Shown one piece after another: positions 48,711 to 59,045 of a stretch of 64,000 nucleotides of DNA (within the stretch, counting starts at the first letter, position 1; every line of letters begins with the position of its first letter). This DNA comes from a virus, in the IMG/VR virus record IMGVR_UViG_3300017716_002595, positions 41,693 to 105,692 of that record, one strand, 5' to 3'. The notes below the pieces were generated by a model. The model was not told the origin of the DNA and did no database searches. It saw nothing but the letters and a program-made list of their open reading frames with translations. Made by a program: the position numbers and the translations under genes.

Positions 48711-49340
48711 ATGGCAAACGGAATATATAAAATAACAGAAGACTTTGAAAAAGCATTAGCTGATTACACAGGTGCTCCTTATGTAGTAACTGTAGATAAT
48801 CAAAGCAATGCTCTGTTTTTAGCATTAATGTATGAAAATGTAAAGGGACAAGAAATAACTATCCCATCAAGAACCTACCCATCAGTACCATGTGAAATAA
48901 TCCATGCTGGAGGAAAAGTAAAATTTAAACCTGTAAAAGGGAAAACAATAAAAGGAGCTTATCAACTAGAGCCAACGAACGTTTGGGACTCAGCATTAAG
49001 CTTTACAGCAGGTATGTATAAACCAGGAACACACGCATGTATTTCTTTTACAGGTCCTTACAAACATTTTAAACTAAGTAAAGGTGGAGCTATATTAACT
49101 GATAATTATGAGGCTTATCTTTGGTTTAAACGAGCTAGATATAGTGGAAGAAGAGAATGCTCTTATCATGATGATCATTTTGACATGATTGGGTGGAATT
49201 TTTATATGATGCCTGAATTAGCAGCTAGAGGAATGCTTTTAATGAATCAATTTTACAACACTGATGGTACTCCTAAACATAATGAAGATTTAGAACTACC
49301 ATACCCAGATTTATCTAAATTTGAAATTTATAAACAATAA
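48711..49340 (+). CDS. Short DegT/DnrJ-family PLP sugar aminotransferase
   Basis: FEKALADYTG, WDSA, SFTGPYKH...GGAILT, GWNFYM. Confidence 0.8.
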   Translation: MANGIYKITEDFEKALADYTGAPYVVTVDNQSNALFLALMYENVKGQEITIPSRTYPSVPCEIIHAGGKVKFKPVKGKTIKGAYQLEPTNVWDSALSFTAGMYKPGTHACISFTGPYKHFKLSKGGAILTDNYEAYLWFKRARYSGRRECSYHDDHFDMIGWNFYMMPELAARGMLLMNQFYNTDGTPKHNEDLELPYPDLSKFEIYKQ

Positions 49341-49960
49341 TGAAAAAGATTAAAAAACTATTTACGTGGCCAACTGAAAAACCAAATGTTTCCGAAAGTA
49401 ACTATAATTGGTTTGGTGAGGGTAATGCATCAATATTACATCGGGTAATAAGTGAAAGAAATCCTAAATATATTTTAGAGATGGGAAGCTGGAATGGTTC
49501 TGGGTCGACAAAATTTATTTTACAACATGCGCCTGATGCTTATCTTGTGTGTATTGATCATTGGAGTGATGATGAAAATGATTATGTTCAAAAAGAATGT
49601 GGTATTGAAGAAATAAAAAAGTTATGGTATCAAATTGAGATTTTATTTGATACATTTTTAGTAAATACTTGGGAATATCAAGATCGTTTAACACCTTTTA
49701 AAGTTAAAACTGAAATTGGTTTACCACAATTAGGTAAATTGAATATACCATTTGATTTAATTTATATCGATGCACACCATGATTATGAAAGTGTATTACA
49801 TGATTTAGAGGTTTCTTATAAATTATGGCCTAATGCTACTATAGTAGGAGATGATTATATGTGGGCTGGTGTAAAACGAGCTGCTCATGAGTTTGCAGAA
49901 AAAAACAATTTAGAAATAGTAGTAGAAGATAATTGCTTTTATTATAAAAATAAACTATGA
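49340..49960 (+). CDS. Class I SAM methyltransferase
   Basis: LEMGSWNG, DLIYIDAHHDY, GDDY.W.GV. Confidence 0.85.
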   Translation: MKKIKKLFTWPTEKPNVSESNYNWFGEGNASILHRVISERNPKYILEMGSWNGSGSTKFILQHAPDAYLVCIDHWSDDENDYVQKECGIEEIKKLWYQIEILFDTFLVNTWEYQDRLTPFKVKTEIGLPQLGKLNIPFDLIYIDAHHDYESVLHDLEVSYKLWPNATIVGDDYMWAGVKRAAHEFAEKNNLEIVVEDNCFYYKNKL

Positions 49961-50529
49961 AAAGAGCATTAATAGGTTATGGAGGTCATGCTCGTGAAGT
50001 AATGGCTCAAATAGGAGAAACTTTACCTTGTTTTGTAGATGATGTCTATGTAACTCAAAATTTATTATCTCTTTCATCATTTGATCCAACAAAGTATGAA
50101 GTTATGATAGCTATTGGATCTTCTAAAGCTAGGTATGACGTTATTCAAAGACTTCCTAAAAATACTAAATATTTTACATTTATTCACCCTACAGCTTTAT
50201 TAATGAATGATATAGAAATAGGTGAAGGAAGTTTTATAGGAGCTTATTCAATATTAACTACAAATATAAAAATAGGAAAACATGCCTTATTAAATAGGGG
50301 AAATCAAATAGGGCATGATTGTACAATAGGGGATTATTTTAGTGCAATGCCTGGAGCTATAGTATCAGGAAATGTAGTTATAAATGATTGTGTTTATATG
50401 GGAAGTAATTCTACTATTAAAGAAAAATGTACAATACATAGTTTTGCAACAATAGGGATGAATGCATGTGTTGTAAAATCTATAAATAATTCACAAACTT
50501 ATATTGGAACTCCTGCTAAAAAATTATGA
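49957..50529 (+). CDS. NeuD/PglB-type sugar acetyltransferase
   Basis: GYGGHAREV, IHPTA, hexapeptide repeats, IGHD, GTPAK. Confidence 0.9.
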   Translation: MKRALIGYGGHAREVMAQIGETLPCFVDDVYVTQNLLSLSSFDPTKYEVMIAIGSSKARYDVIQRLPKNTKYFTFIHPTALLMNDIEIGEGSFIGAYSILTTNIKIGKHALLNRGNQIGHDCTIGDYFSAMPGAIVSGNVVINDCVYMGSNSTIKEKCTIHSFATIGMNACVVKSINNSQTYIGTPAKKL

Positions 50530-51200
50530 TACACGTCATATATAGACATACAAGTAATGTAAGTGGATTTGGAAAAAATCGACCTACATGGTTTTCTTAT
50601 GAAAAAAGTTTAAATAATATTTTATCAACAATTGAGGGGGTAGATTTTGTAAAATTTCATCTGCTTTATGATGGTGTATTTACAGGAAAAGATGATAGAA
50701 TTCACTGCCATACAAACTTTAGTGGGGGTTCAGATTGGAATTCGTATGTTTATGCCTGGAATTATATTAAAAAGTTAGAGTTACAAGATGATGATCTGAT
50801 TTATTTGGCAGAAAATGATTATGCTTTTGTAGATGGATGGCCTTATAAAATAAAAGAATTATTTGAAACATATGATGAGTTAGATTATGTTACCCTTTAT
50901 GATCATCCTGATAAATACAATACTAATATATACCCTGACTTACCAGCGTACTTATTTGTAACTAAAACTCATCATTGGAGATTAACACCAAGTACAACAG
51001 GTAGTGTTATATTTGGAAAAAGAATATTAAATGAAGATTTTGATGTTCATACATCTAATCCAAGTGATTTTTGGAGATTTAAAGAATTACATGATAATAG
51101 GTCTAGAACCGTTTTATCACCTATACCTAGCTTAGCTACTCATTGTGAAATAGAGCATTTAGCTCCTATAATAAATTGGGAAAAATTAAATAAAAAATGA
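50526..51200 (+). CDS. Putative glycosyltransferase (GT-A)
   Basis: IYLAENDY, LYDHPDKY, PSLATH. Confidence 0.6.
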   Translation: MIHVIYRHTSNVSGFGKNRPTWFSYEKSLNNILSTIEGVDFVKFHLLYDGVFTGKDDRIHCHTNFSGGSDWNSYVYAWNYIKKLELQDDDLIYLAENDYAFVDGWPYKIKELFETYDELDYVTLYDHPDKYNTNIYPDLPAYLFVTKTHHWRLTPSTTGSVIFGKRILNEDFDVHTSNPSDFWRFKELHDNRSRTVLSPIPSLATHCEIEHLAPIINWEKLNKK

Positions 51201-51928
51201 AAACATTAGTAGTAATATTACAATACAATACCCATGAACTTACAGATAGTTTATACCAAACATTAAAACCATATGAAGAAGATGTATATGATCTTGTTGT
51301 AATTGATAATGGATCCGATAAGGAAAAAATTAGTCAATATGCAACATATGCTCTTGAAGAAAATGGTTATTATGGTGGAGGATTAAATGCCGCTTTAGGG
51401 CTTATTATGGAATCACCTCAATATGATTCTATTATGGTACTTAATAATGATATATTATGCCATGGTAAAGATTATGTAAAAACATTAAGACAAGAAATGT
51501 TTGATAATGATCTTATGATTATATCACCTTGTGTTTTAGAACCACATACTGGAGAACAAACATTATGGAAACCAATGAGACCATGGCATACTGGTTTAAC
51601 TAGACTAGCTCCTTTTGTCGATTATCAAGCTCCATTATTAAAACGAGAATTTGTGGAAAAAATTTACCCTTTTAACGATAAATTAAAATATGGTTGGGGA
51701 CAAGACCATCTATCAGGAATAATATGTGAACAAAATAACTGGAAAATAGGTGTATGTGATAAAGTACCAATAATACATCTAATTAGCCAAACTATAGAAC
51801 AAAATCCTGAAACTTTATCTAGTGTAAATAATTTAGCTGAAAAGAATATGTTTGAATATTTTCAACAAGAAAATTTATTCAATGAATTTATTAGTATAAG
51901 AACTAAATCAATGACATATGAAGTATAA
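51197..51928 (+). CDS. Glycosyltransferase family 2
   Basis: VIDNGS, N.YYGGGLN, VLNND, GWGQD. Confidence 0.82.
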   Translation: MKTLVVILQYNTHELTDSLYQTLKPYEEDVYDLVVIDNGSDKEKISQYATYALEENGYYGGGLNAALGLIMESPQYDSIMVLNNDILCHGKDYVKTLRQEMFDNDLMIISPCVLEPHTGEQTLWKPMRPWHTGLTRLAPFVDYQAPLLKREFVEKIYPFNDKLKYGWGQDHLSGIICEQNNWKIGVCDKVPIIHLISQTIEQNPETLSSVNNLAEKNMFEYFQQENLFNEFISIRTKSMTYEV

Positions 51929-52793
51929 TACATTAGCAACGTTACATATAATGTGGTATGAAAGTCAAATGATTAATGAAACTCTTGACTCTATACAACA
52001 AGCAATATCAAATGCTCAACATCCCGTACAACTGATTTTATGTTTAAATTCACAAACATATATTGAAAAACCAGATGAAGGGTTTACTCCAGAACAAATG
52101 TTTGATGTGTTTTTAAATCATCCTGTATTAAAAGATGCAATTATATTTAAAAAAACAGATAATGATCCTTTTTACAACATTGGAGATTGGACCAGAGAAA
52201 TTTACGGACCCGAATATGAAGCAAAGTACACTGTTTGGTTAGAAAGTGATTGTTTAGTACCTGAAGATTATTTCTTCTTATTAGAAAATATTAATATAGA
52301 TCACCCACACCTTATATCTTTATCAAATAGAAAAATGTGGGATTCTACTTGGGATGAAATAGAACACCCTTACATACAGCAAATTCCAAGAACTGGGCCT
52401 CCTGAAGAACCTCAAAGAAATACTCCTGAACCTTTTGGTGTAGGACATTATATAAATCAAGAAGATTTAAATAAATTTAATAAACAATATGAACCTGTTT
52501 TAATTAAATTATCTCAACCTAAAGTAGATGGGGCTATGGCTGCTGTATCTAATAACTTTCCTTATCCGTTTATAGCTGAAGGTGTTCATTTAGGAGGTCA
52601 TGATTATTATATGGAATTGTTTATGAAAAAGAATAATATCCCTCAATATCATATGCCTACTAGATTAAAAGGACATAATTGTTCACATCCTAAAAAACGA
52701 TTAGGAACAAGCACACCAAGAGGAGGAGAAGTATATAAAAAATACGAAAAACAATGCAAAGAACTTATTCATAAATTAATATTTAATACTTAA
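51918..52793 (+). CDS. Putative glycosyltransferase-like protein
   Basis: WLESD DxD-like motif; lies within the glyco island. Confidence 0.45.
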   Translation: MKYNTLATLHIMWYESQMINETLDSIQQAISNAQHPVQLILCLNSQTYIEKPDEGFTPEQMFDVFLNHPVLKDAIIFKKTDNDPFYNIGDWTREIYGPEYEAKYTVWLESDCLVPEDYFFLLENINIDHPHLISLSNRKMWDSTWDEIEHPYIQQIPRTGPPEEPQRNTPEPFGVGHYINQEDLNKFNKQYEPVLIKLSQPKVDGAMAAVSNNFPYPFIAEGVHLGGHDYYMELFMKKNNIPQYHMPTRLKGHNCSHPKKRLGTSTPRGGEVYKKYEKQCKELIHKLIFNT

Positions 52794-52794
52794 A

Positions 52795-53721
52795 ATGGAC
52801 AAAAATTCAAAAATATTAATAACAGGATCCACAGGAATGGTAGGATCGGCTGTTGTTAGAATGTTAAGAGAATTAGGGTATAATAATTTATTAACACCTC
52901 CTAGAAAAGAAGTAGATTTAGTAAATCCCCAAGATGTACAAGCATACTTCGCATATCATAAACCAGAATATGTTTTCTTAATAGCTGCTAAAGTAGGAGG
53001 AATACATGCTAATATGACTTACAGAGCTGATTTTATTTTTGATAATTTAATGATGCAGAGTAATACTATAAATGCTTGTAAAGAAAATAATGTTAAAAAA
53101 GTATTATTTGTTAGTAGTGGTTGTGTTTATCCAAAATATGCCGAAAATCCTATTAGTGAAGAGGCAATGTTAACAGGATTATTAGAACCTTCTAATGAAC
53201 ATTATTCAATAGCTAAAATAGCAGGTATAAAAATGTGTGAAGCTTACAATATGCAATATGGTTTAGATTATGCTGTTGTAATACCAAATAACATTTATGG
53301 TCCTGGAGATAATTATCATCCTGAAAATTCTCATGTTATGGCTTCTTTAATTAGAAAATTTCATGAAGCTAAGCAAAACGGAACTGATGTTGAGATATGG
53401 GGAAGTGGAAAACAAATGAGAGAGTTTGTTTATGTAGAAGATGTTGCAAAAGCATGTGTCTCTTTAATAGATAGTTCGTACATTGGGGCTTACAATTGCA
53501 GTAGTGAATATGAAATTACTATAAAAGATTTAGCTGAATTAGTAGCTGAAATTTTAGAATTTAAAGGTAATATTGTGTATAATACTGATAAACCTGAAGG
53601 ACATCCAAGAAAAGGATTTTCATGTGCTAAACTAAAACAAACAGGATGGGATGCCTCAACATCATTAAGAGAAGGTATTCAATTAGCATATGAATGGTAT
53701 AAACAAAATTTAAATAAATAA
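52795..53721 (+). CDS. fcl: GDP-L-fucose synthase
   Basis: GSTGMVGSA, AAKVGGI.AN, YSIAK, NIYGPGDNY..SHV, WGSG..REF. Confidence 0.95.
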   Translation: MDKNSKILITGSTGMVGSAVVRMLRELGYNNLLTPPRKEVDLVNPQDVQAYFAYHKPEYVFLIAAKVGGIHANMTYRADFIFDNLMMQSNTINACKENNVKKVLFVSSGCVYPKYAENPISEEAMLTGLLEPSNEHYSIAKIAGIKMCEAYNMQYGLDYAVVIPNNIYGPGDNYHPENSHVMASLIRKFHEAKQNGTDVEIWGSGKQMREFVYVEDVAKACVSLIDSSYIGAYNCSSEYEITIKDLAELVAEILEFKGNIVYNTDKPEGHPRKGFSCAKLKQTGWDASTSLREGIQLAYEWYKQNLNK

Positions 53722-53722
53722 T

Positions 53723-54598
53723 ATGATAACTTACGCATTATCAACATTTAACACATTAAACTATTTAAAATTAGCAGTACATTCGGCAAGAGAAAATGGA
53801 TACTATAAAGATGCTCCGTTTGTAATACATGCTGAAAATTGTACTGATGGTACTGATGAATGGTTAGAAGAAAACAAAGAACGATATAATTTAGAAATTT
53901 ATATTGAAAAAAATGAAATACCTCGAGGAATAGGTGGTGGAATGAATTTCTGCGCTAGTAAAGTTAAAACAAAATATATTGGATTCTTATCTTCAGATTT
54001 CTACATGGCCCAAAATTGGGATAAAGAATTAGTAGATGTATGTGAAAATAACCCACAAGATAAAATATGGTCGTTTAGCTACAGAGTAGAACCAGACATA
54101 TTTAATGATCCTAACAGTAGACCAGGAGTAATAAAAGTTCCAGTTGATGCATTTGGTGAATTTTATCATAACTTTAATGGTGATTTCTTTACAGAATGGA
54201 GTAATGAATTCGCTGCTTCAAATGATATAATATTTGATGTTCCTCAAGGAGTAAGTGGTGTTATTAAAAAAGAAGATTGGGACTATATTGGTGGAAACGA
54301 CGACAGATTTGCACCAATGTATTGGGAAGATGCAGATATCTTTATTAGAATGTTAAATGAAGGGTTTAAATTTAAACTAACCAGTAAATCAGTATTATAT
54401 CATTTTGCTTCTAGAACTAGCAGATTCCCAGACGATGATTTAAAACAAAGACCTGCTCATTTAGCAGCATATGAACAAAGAAGTTTACAACGTTTTGTAG
54501 AAAAATATGGTAAATTACCTAATCATGGGCCTTTAGGAGAATATATAGCTATGCCTATTATGGATGGTTCACCAAACAGAATAAATCAAAATAACTAA
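53723..54598 (+). CDS. Glycosyltransferase family 2
   Basis: NCTDGT, GIGGGMN, GGND..F...WEDAD, YHF. Confidence 0.82.
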   Translation: MITYALSTFNTLNYLKLAVHSARENGYYKDAPFVIHAENCTDGTDEWLEENKERYNLEIYIEKNEIPRGIGGGMNFCASKVKTKYIGFLSSDFYMAQNWDKELVDVCENNPQDKIWSFSYRVEPDIFNDPNSRPGVIKVPVDAFGEFYHNFNGDFFTEWSNEFAASNDIIFDVPQGVSGVIKKEDWDYIGGNDDRFAPMYWEDADIFIRMLNEGFKFKLTSKSVLYHFASRTSRFPDDDLKQRPAHLAAYEQRSLQRFVEKYGKLPNHGPLGEYIAMPIMDGSPNRINQNN

Positions 54599-54599
54599 T

Positions 54600-55565
54600 A
54601 TGAGTAAAGTTGCATTAATAACCGGAATAAACGGAATGGATGGGAGTCATTTGGCTGATTTCTTATTAAAAAAAGGATATACCATTTATGGTTTAGAAAG
54701 ACGTAGTTCTGGAGAAAACAGAAATAATGTTATCCATATTGAGGATAAAATTAATTTTATTAAAGGTGATCTAACAGATCAAAACTCATTACTTAGAGCA
54801 TTAAAAGAATCTCAACCTGATGAAGTATACAATCTAGCCGCTCAATCATTTGTTGGAGAAAGTTGGAATACACCTGAACAAACAAGCGATGTAACAGGAT
54901 TAGGGGTATTAAGAATGTTAGAAGCAATTCGCGAATATGGTTCTGATAAAATTAAATTTTACCAAGCATCATCCTCAGAGATGTTTGGACGTATGGTTGA
55001 AAATCCTGCTAAAGAAACTACTCCATTTTATCCACGTTCACCTTATGGTGTTGCTAAATTATACGGACATTGGATAACTAAAAATTATAGAGAATCTTAT
55101 GATATGTTTGCTTGCTCTGGAATACTATTTAATCATGAATCAGAAAGACGTGGTTTTGAATTTGTAACTAGAAAAATAACTAATGGTGTTGCTAAAATTC
55201 ATTTAGGATTAGCAGATTATATTTCATTAGGTAATCTAGATGCAAAACGTGATTGGGGTTATGCTCCTGATTATGTTGAAGCAATGTGGTTAATGTTACA
55301 ACAAGATACTCCTGAAGATTATGTTATAGCAACTGGTGATACATGGTCTATTAGAGATTTTTTAGATGAAGCATTTTTAGTAGTAGGGATAGCAGATTGG
55401 GAACCATATGTTAAAATTGATCCTAAGTTTATGAGACCTGCTGAAGTAGATATATTAATTGGAGATTGCACTAAAGCAAAAACAGAATTAAATTGGAACC
55501 CTAAAACTAGTTTTAAAGATATGGTTCATACAATGGTTAATAACGACATAAAATTACTCCAATGA
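54600..55565 (+). CDS. gmd: GDP-mannose 4,6-dehydratase
   Basis: TGINGMDGS, LAAQSFV, YQASSSEMFG, PRSPYGVAK, FNHES, RDWG. Confidence 0.96.
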   Translation: MSKVALITGINGMDGSHLADFLLKKGYTIYGLERRSSGENRNNVIHIEDKINFIKGDLTDQNSLLRALKESQPDEVYNLAAQSFVGESWNTPEQTSDVTGLGVLRMLEAIREYGSDKIKFYQASSSEMFGRMVENPAKETTPFYPRSPYGVAKLYGHWITKNYRESYDMFACSGILFNHESERRGFEFVTRKITNGVAKIHLGLADYISLGNLDAKRDWGYAPDYVEAMWLMLQQDTPEDYVIATGDTWSIRDFLDEAFLVVGIADWEPYVKIDPKFMRPAEVDILIGDCTKAKTELNWNPKTSFKDMVHTMVNNDIKLLQ

Positions 55566-56599
55566 TATCATTAATAATCCCAGCAACTACCTCTAACCAA
55601 CATTATACAAATAATATAATTCGTAATATTAGAGATTTATATCCTAATGAAGACGAGGTTGAAATTATAGTTGAAGTAAACGATCAAGTCAATTTAGGTA
55701 CTAATTACAATAATGCTGTTGCTCGTGCTAAAGGTGAAAAAATAATATTATTACATAATGATATGGTTTTGCCTAAAGGTTTTATAGAAACTATGGATAA
55801 ACATATAAGTAAACGCGTAATAACGACGTATACTCGCATAGAACCTCCTATTTATATGGACACGTACCCTGGTAAAATTATTAAAGATTGTGGCTCGGAT
55901 TTAGGTACGTTTGATGAAAGATTATTTAGTCAACTTCAATTTGAAGAAAGTTTAATCGATGGAGGTTCGCAATTATTCTTTGGATGTATGAAAGAAGATT
56001 ATATTGGTATTGATGGAGATACTTTTAAAATGTTCTGTGAAGATGATGATTTACATTTAAGATATAAATTAGCAGGATTTGAACATAAAGTAAGTTCAGC
56101 TCATGTTTATCATTTTGTAAGTAAAACATCACGTGTTGGAGATTATCAAAATATTGAAAAAAACTCAAATCGTAATTTTATACGTAAATGGGGGTCAAGA
56201 ACACCATCCGTAAAATATAACATTGCCTATATAGTTCATAATTGTCAATTACCTGCTTTAGAAACATTAGAGTTATTCTGTGATAGAATATATGTTAATG
56301 AGCGATTTGAAGTTGGTAGAATGTGGGATTATGTTGAATTAGAACAAGAAAATACGTCATTTGATTTATCTAAACGAGTATTAACTATAGAGAATAATGA
56401 TCCATTATTAGAAAATGATATTGTAGTTGAATTCGATTTATTAAAATTTTCTCCTGAATCCTTTAATATTCTTCAACAATTACCTCAAATACTTAAAGAA
56501 AGTGGTGAACCTGGTACATTTGAGTTAGATATATTTAAGATTACTATTGCTTCAATGCCTGAATACCAAAATGATTTAATATTTATATCAAAACAATAA
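55562..56599 (+). CDS. Glycosyltransferase family 2
   Basis: YNNAVARAKGE, LHNDM, CEDDD, YHFVSKTSR. Confidence 0.8.
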   Translation: MISLIIPATTSNQHYTNNIIRNIRDLYPNEDEVEIIVEVNDQVNLGTNYNNAVARAKGEKIILLHNDMVLPKGFIETMDKHISKRVITTYTRIEPPIYMDTYPGKIIKDCGSDLGTFDERLFSQLQFEESLIDGGSQLFFGCMKEDYIGIDGDTFKMFCEDDDLHLRYKLAGFEHKVSSAHVYHFVSKTSRVGDYQNIEKNSNRNFIRKWGSRTPSVKYNIAYIVHNCQLPALETLELFCDRIYVNERFEVGRMWDYVELEQENTSFDLSKRVLTIENNDPLLENDIVVEFDLLKFSPESFNILQQLPQILKESGEPGTFELDIFKITIASMPEYQNDLIFISKQ

Positions 56600-56601
56600 T
56601 A

Positions 56602-57015
56602 ATGGAAAGTATTAGTATATTAGACGAATTAAAATTATTCTTAGAAGCAGAAGGAGAAGATGCAATTACACCTGAAGAGGCAGCAATTGAATCGGATATG
56701 CAAAACCCAAAAACACCTAAGTTAAAACTAGATGTTAATCCAAACCCAACTAAAAAAGGTATTAAAGTACAATTTATATTACCTAAAGGGTATAGTGTAT
56801 CTCAAAAAGAAGAGTTAACACAAAAACTAAAAACTAAGTTAAATAACGGATTAGAACCTCACATGTTAAGTGTAGATGTAGACTTAGATGTACCTTACGA
56901 AAATGTAATAGGATTCTTAATTAGATTAAGTAATATAAAAATGCTAATAAAATCAGCATTAGAAGGGGGAACACAAGCACCTAACGCAAGTGATACTCTT
57001 CCAGAAGAAGTATAA
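56602..57015 (+). CDS. Hypothetical protein
   Basis: 137-aa ORF after a TATTTAT motif. Confidence 0.7.
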   Translation: MESISILDELKLFLEAEGEDAITPEEAAIESDMQNPKTPKLKLDVNPNPTKKGIKVQFILPKGYSVSQKEELTQKLKTKLNNGLEPHMLSVDVDLDVPYENVIGFLIRLSNIKMLIKSALEGGTQAPNASDTLPEEV

Positions 57016-57017
57016 CC

Positions 57018-57368
57018 ATGGCTAGAAGAAAAATTCCTAATTTAAATGTACGTTTAGGATTTGGAGCTAATATAAATACACTCCATGAAAATCCTCAAGT
57101 ACAAGAATTAATTTATAATAATCTGGTTTCAGGAATAAAAGATGCAAATGCATCTAAAAAGAATGAAGCTACTATTGTTGAATTACATTCAAGTGGGAAT
57201 TATGTTCAAATTCATAGAAATGATTGGGTAAAATCATTAGAAAAAGCACAAAGATACTATTCTAACTTAGAACAATACGAAACATGTAGTGATATACAAA
57301 AATTAATTGAAGCTATTAATAGTTATGGAAGTAAACGAACATATAACACACCTTCAAGAACAAATTAA
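57018..57368 (+). CDS. Hypothetical protein
   Basis: 116 aa; C-terminal EQYETC..I UvrB/C-like helix. Confidence 0.7.
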   Translation: MARRKIPNLNVRLGFGANINTLHENPQVQELIYNNLVSGIKDANASKKNEATIVELHSSGNYVQIHRNDWVKSLEKAQRYYSNLEQYETCSDIQKLIEAINSYGSKRTYNTPSRTN

Positions 57369-57756
57369 TCAAATAATAGGTGTTAAAAGTACTTTAAAAC
57401 GTCGTAAAAAAAATAGAGAAGATATCCAAAAAGGTATATTTCTTAATGTTATTCCTTTAATAGATCATGTTATTAATAGAGGAATAATATTAGAAGGTGA
57501 TTTTGGTATTAATCCTACAAAATATGACGAATTATTCTTTCAAATTATAGATAGTTTACTTTATCTACATTTTGAACCTAAAGCAGCAGAGGTTATATTA
57601 TTTTATCTTTATGAACGATATAATCCGGATGGGACTAATAACCCTATAGTAGATGCTAATGGAAATGAAGTTATGTTGGAAACCACAGAAGACTTATGGA
57701 ACTTAGTACAATTTATTGAAACTAATCCTAAAAGAAAAAATAATGCCCAAAGCTAA
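57325..57756 (+). CDS. Hypothetical protein
   Basis: Likely start ATG 57325. Confidence 0.7.
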   Translation: MEVNEHITHLQEQINQIIGVKSTLKRRKKNREDIQKGIFLNVIPLIDHVINRGIILEGDFGINPTKYDELFFQIIDSLLYLHFEPKAAEVILFYLYERYNPDGTNNPIVDANGNEVMLETTEDLWNLVQFIETNPKRKNNAQS

Positions 57757-58393
57757 ACCATTAAGTAAGGAAGATATTGTCCGTGCGATGAAATATACTA
57801 AATCAAATCGTGCTGCCGCTCGTTATTTAGGTGTATCATATCAACATTATAAACCTTGGGCTAAAAGATATAAAATTGATGATGGTGATATAGAAGCACT
57901 TAATCTATTTGATTTACATAAAAACCAATCTGGAAAAGGAATACCTAAATATCTTCCTAATAAGCGAAAAGATCCAAATGTTAGGAATATAATAGAAACA
58001 GGAACAGGATGGGAATCATTCACACCAGAAAAAATAAAATCTAGATTAGTTGCTGAAGCTTTACTATTAGATGAATGCCATAGTTGTGGGTTTCATGAAC
58101 GTAGGATAACAGATTATAAAACACCACTATTGTTGAATTTTAAAGACGGTAATAAATGTAATTACCTTTTAGAAAATTTAGAATTAGTATGTTACAACTG
58201 TTATTTCTTATATGTAGCAGACCCACTAACAGCAAATCAAGTTAGACATATTGAAGATAATACTGAAGTTAAAGAAGTAGCTCATGATTGGGATTTAAGT
58301 CCTGAACAAATAGAAAATATGAAATCTTTAGGATTATGGACAAAAGAAGAACCTAAAGAACCTGGTTCTGAATTTATAGCATACAAACATTAA
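57743..58393 (+). CDS. HTH + degenerate HNH-like zinc-binding protein
   Basis: SNRAAARYLGVSY; CHSCG...LLLNFKDGN..N..LENL..VCYNC. Confidence 0.7.
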   Translation: MPKAKPLSKEDIVRAMKYTKSNRAAARYLGVSYQHYKPWAKRYKIDDGDIEALNLFDLHKNQSGKGIPKYLPNKRKDPNVRNIIETGTGWESFTPEKIKSRLVAEALLLDECHSCGFHERRITDYKTPLLLNFKDGNKCNYLLENLELVCYNCYFLYVADPLTANQVRHIEDNTEVKEVAHDWDLSPEQIENMKSLGLWTKEEPKEPGSEFIAYKH

Positions 58394-58417
58394 TATTTAT
58401 AAACACAAATTAAGATT

Positions 58418-58630
58418 ATGAACGAAAACAAGTATTACATCGTTAAAGTTGAATTTCAATCTATTGACGATAAAGGAAAAACAAAAAGACAAAAATTAGA
58501 TTATTTAGTGGATGCTGTATCTGTAACAGAAGCTGAAGCAAAAATAACAGGATGGTTAGTGGAAAGAAACGAAAGAAATTTTGAAATCAAAGCAGCGATA
58601 ACATCTCCTATCGTATATGTAATAGAGTAA
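58418..58630 (+). CDS. DUF4494-like protein
   Basis: YLVDAVSVTEAEAKI. Confidence 0.75.
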   Translation: MNENKYYIVKVEFQSIDDKGKTKRQKLDYLVDAVSVTEAEAKITGWLVERNERNFEIKAAITSPIVYVIE

Positions 58631-58631
58631 A

Positions 58632-58781
58632 ATGGAAGAAAATTTATGTGATAACTGTAAAACCCATCTATCTTGTGGGTGTCAAAGACGAACAGCATCT
58701 AATGGACAATCATGTTGTGACGGATGTATAGCCGATTATGAAGCAAGATTAGTAGCTACTAAACCTATTTCTCCAAGATAA
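58632..58781 (+). CDS. Small Cys-rich protein (49 aa)
   Basis: MEENLCDNCKTHLSCGCQRRTASNGQSCCDGC..., 7 Cys. Confidence 0.65.
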   Translation: MEENLCDNCKTHLSCGCQRRTASNGQSCCDGCIADYEARLVATKPISPR

Positions 58782-58813
58782 TTTGGCTACCTAAAAGAAG
58801 GTTCATATATTTA
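58782..58813 (+). promoter_or_regulatory. Bacteroidota-type sigma70 promoter
   Basis: TTTGG-N19-TATATTTA. Confidence 0.6.
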
Positions 58814-58869
58814 CAAAAGAAGTTAAGGTTTTTAATTTCTGTATATATTTATAGACATAAAATAATAAA

Positions 58870-59016
58870 ATGACAACGATTCAAAACATGCATCAATTTA
58901 ATAGCGCAACGCTGAGACCAATACAAACGTGGTCGGATTCGTTATGTGGTGATGTCATTTTAGGCTTTAGTGCGTATAATAACGAACCGAAACAAGGAGA
59001 CCGAGATCTGGTATGA
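58870..59016 (+). CDS. Small ORF (48 aa) or sRNA upstream of the tRNA array
   Basis: MTTIQNMHQFNSATLRPIQTWSDSLCG...; between promoters and a terminator. Confidence 0.4.
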   Translation: MTTIQNMHQFNSATLRPIQTWSDSLCGDVILGFSAYNNEPKQGDRDLV

Positions 59017-59045
59017 TATAGTTAAACACATATATAACATAAATC

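Noticed and set aside
182-58698. Minus-strand and alternate-frame ORFs in the track (e.g. 9392-9712, 22014-22265, 26989-27342, 40286-40702)
   Set aside because: They are shadows of well-supported + strand genes, with no motifs or promoters of their own.
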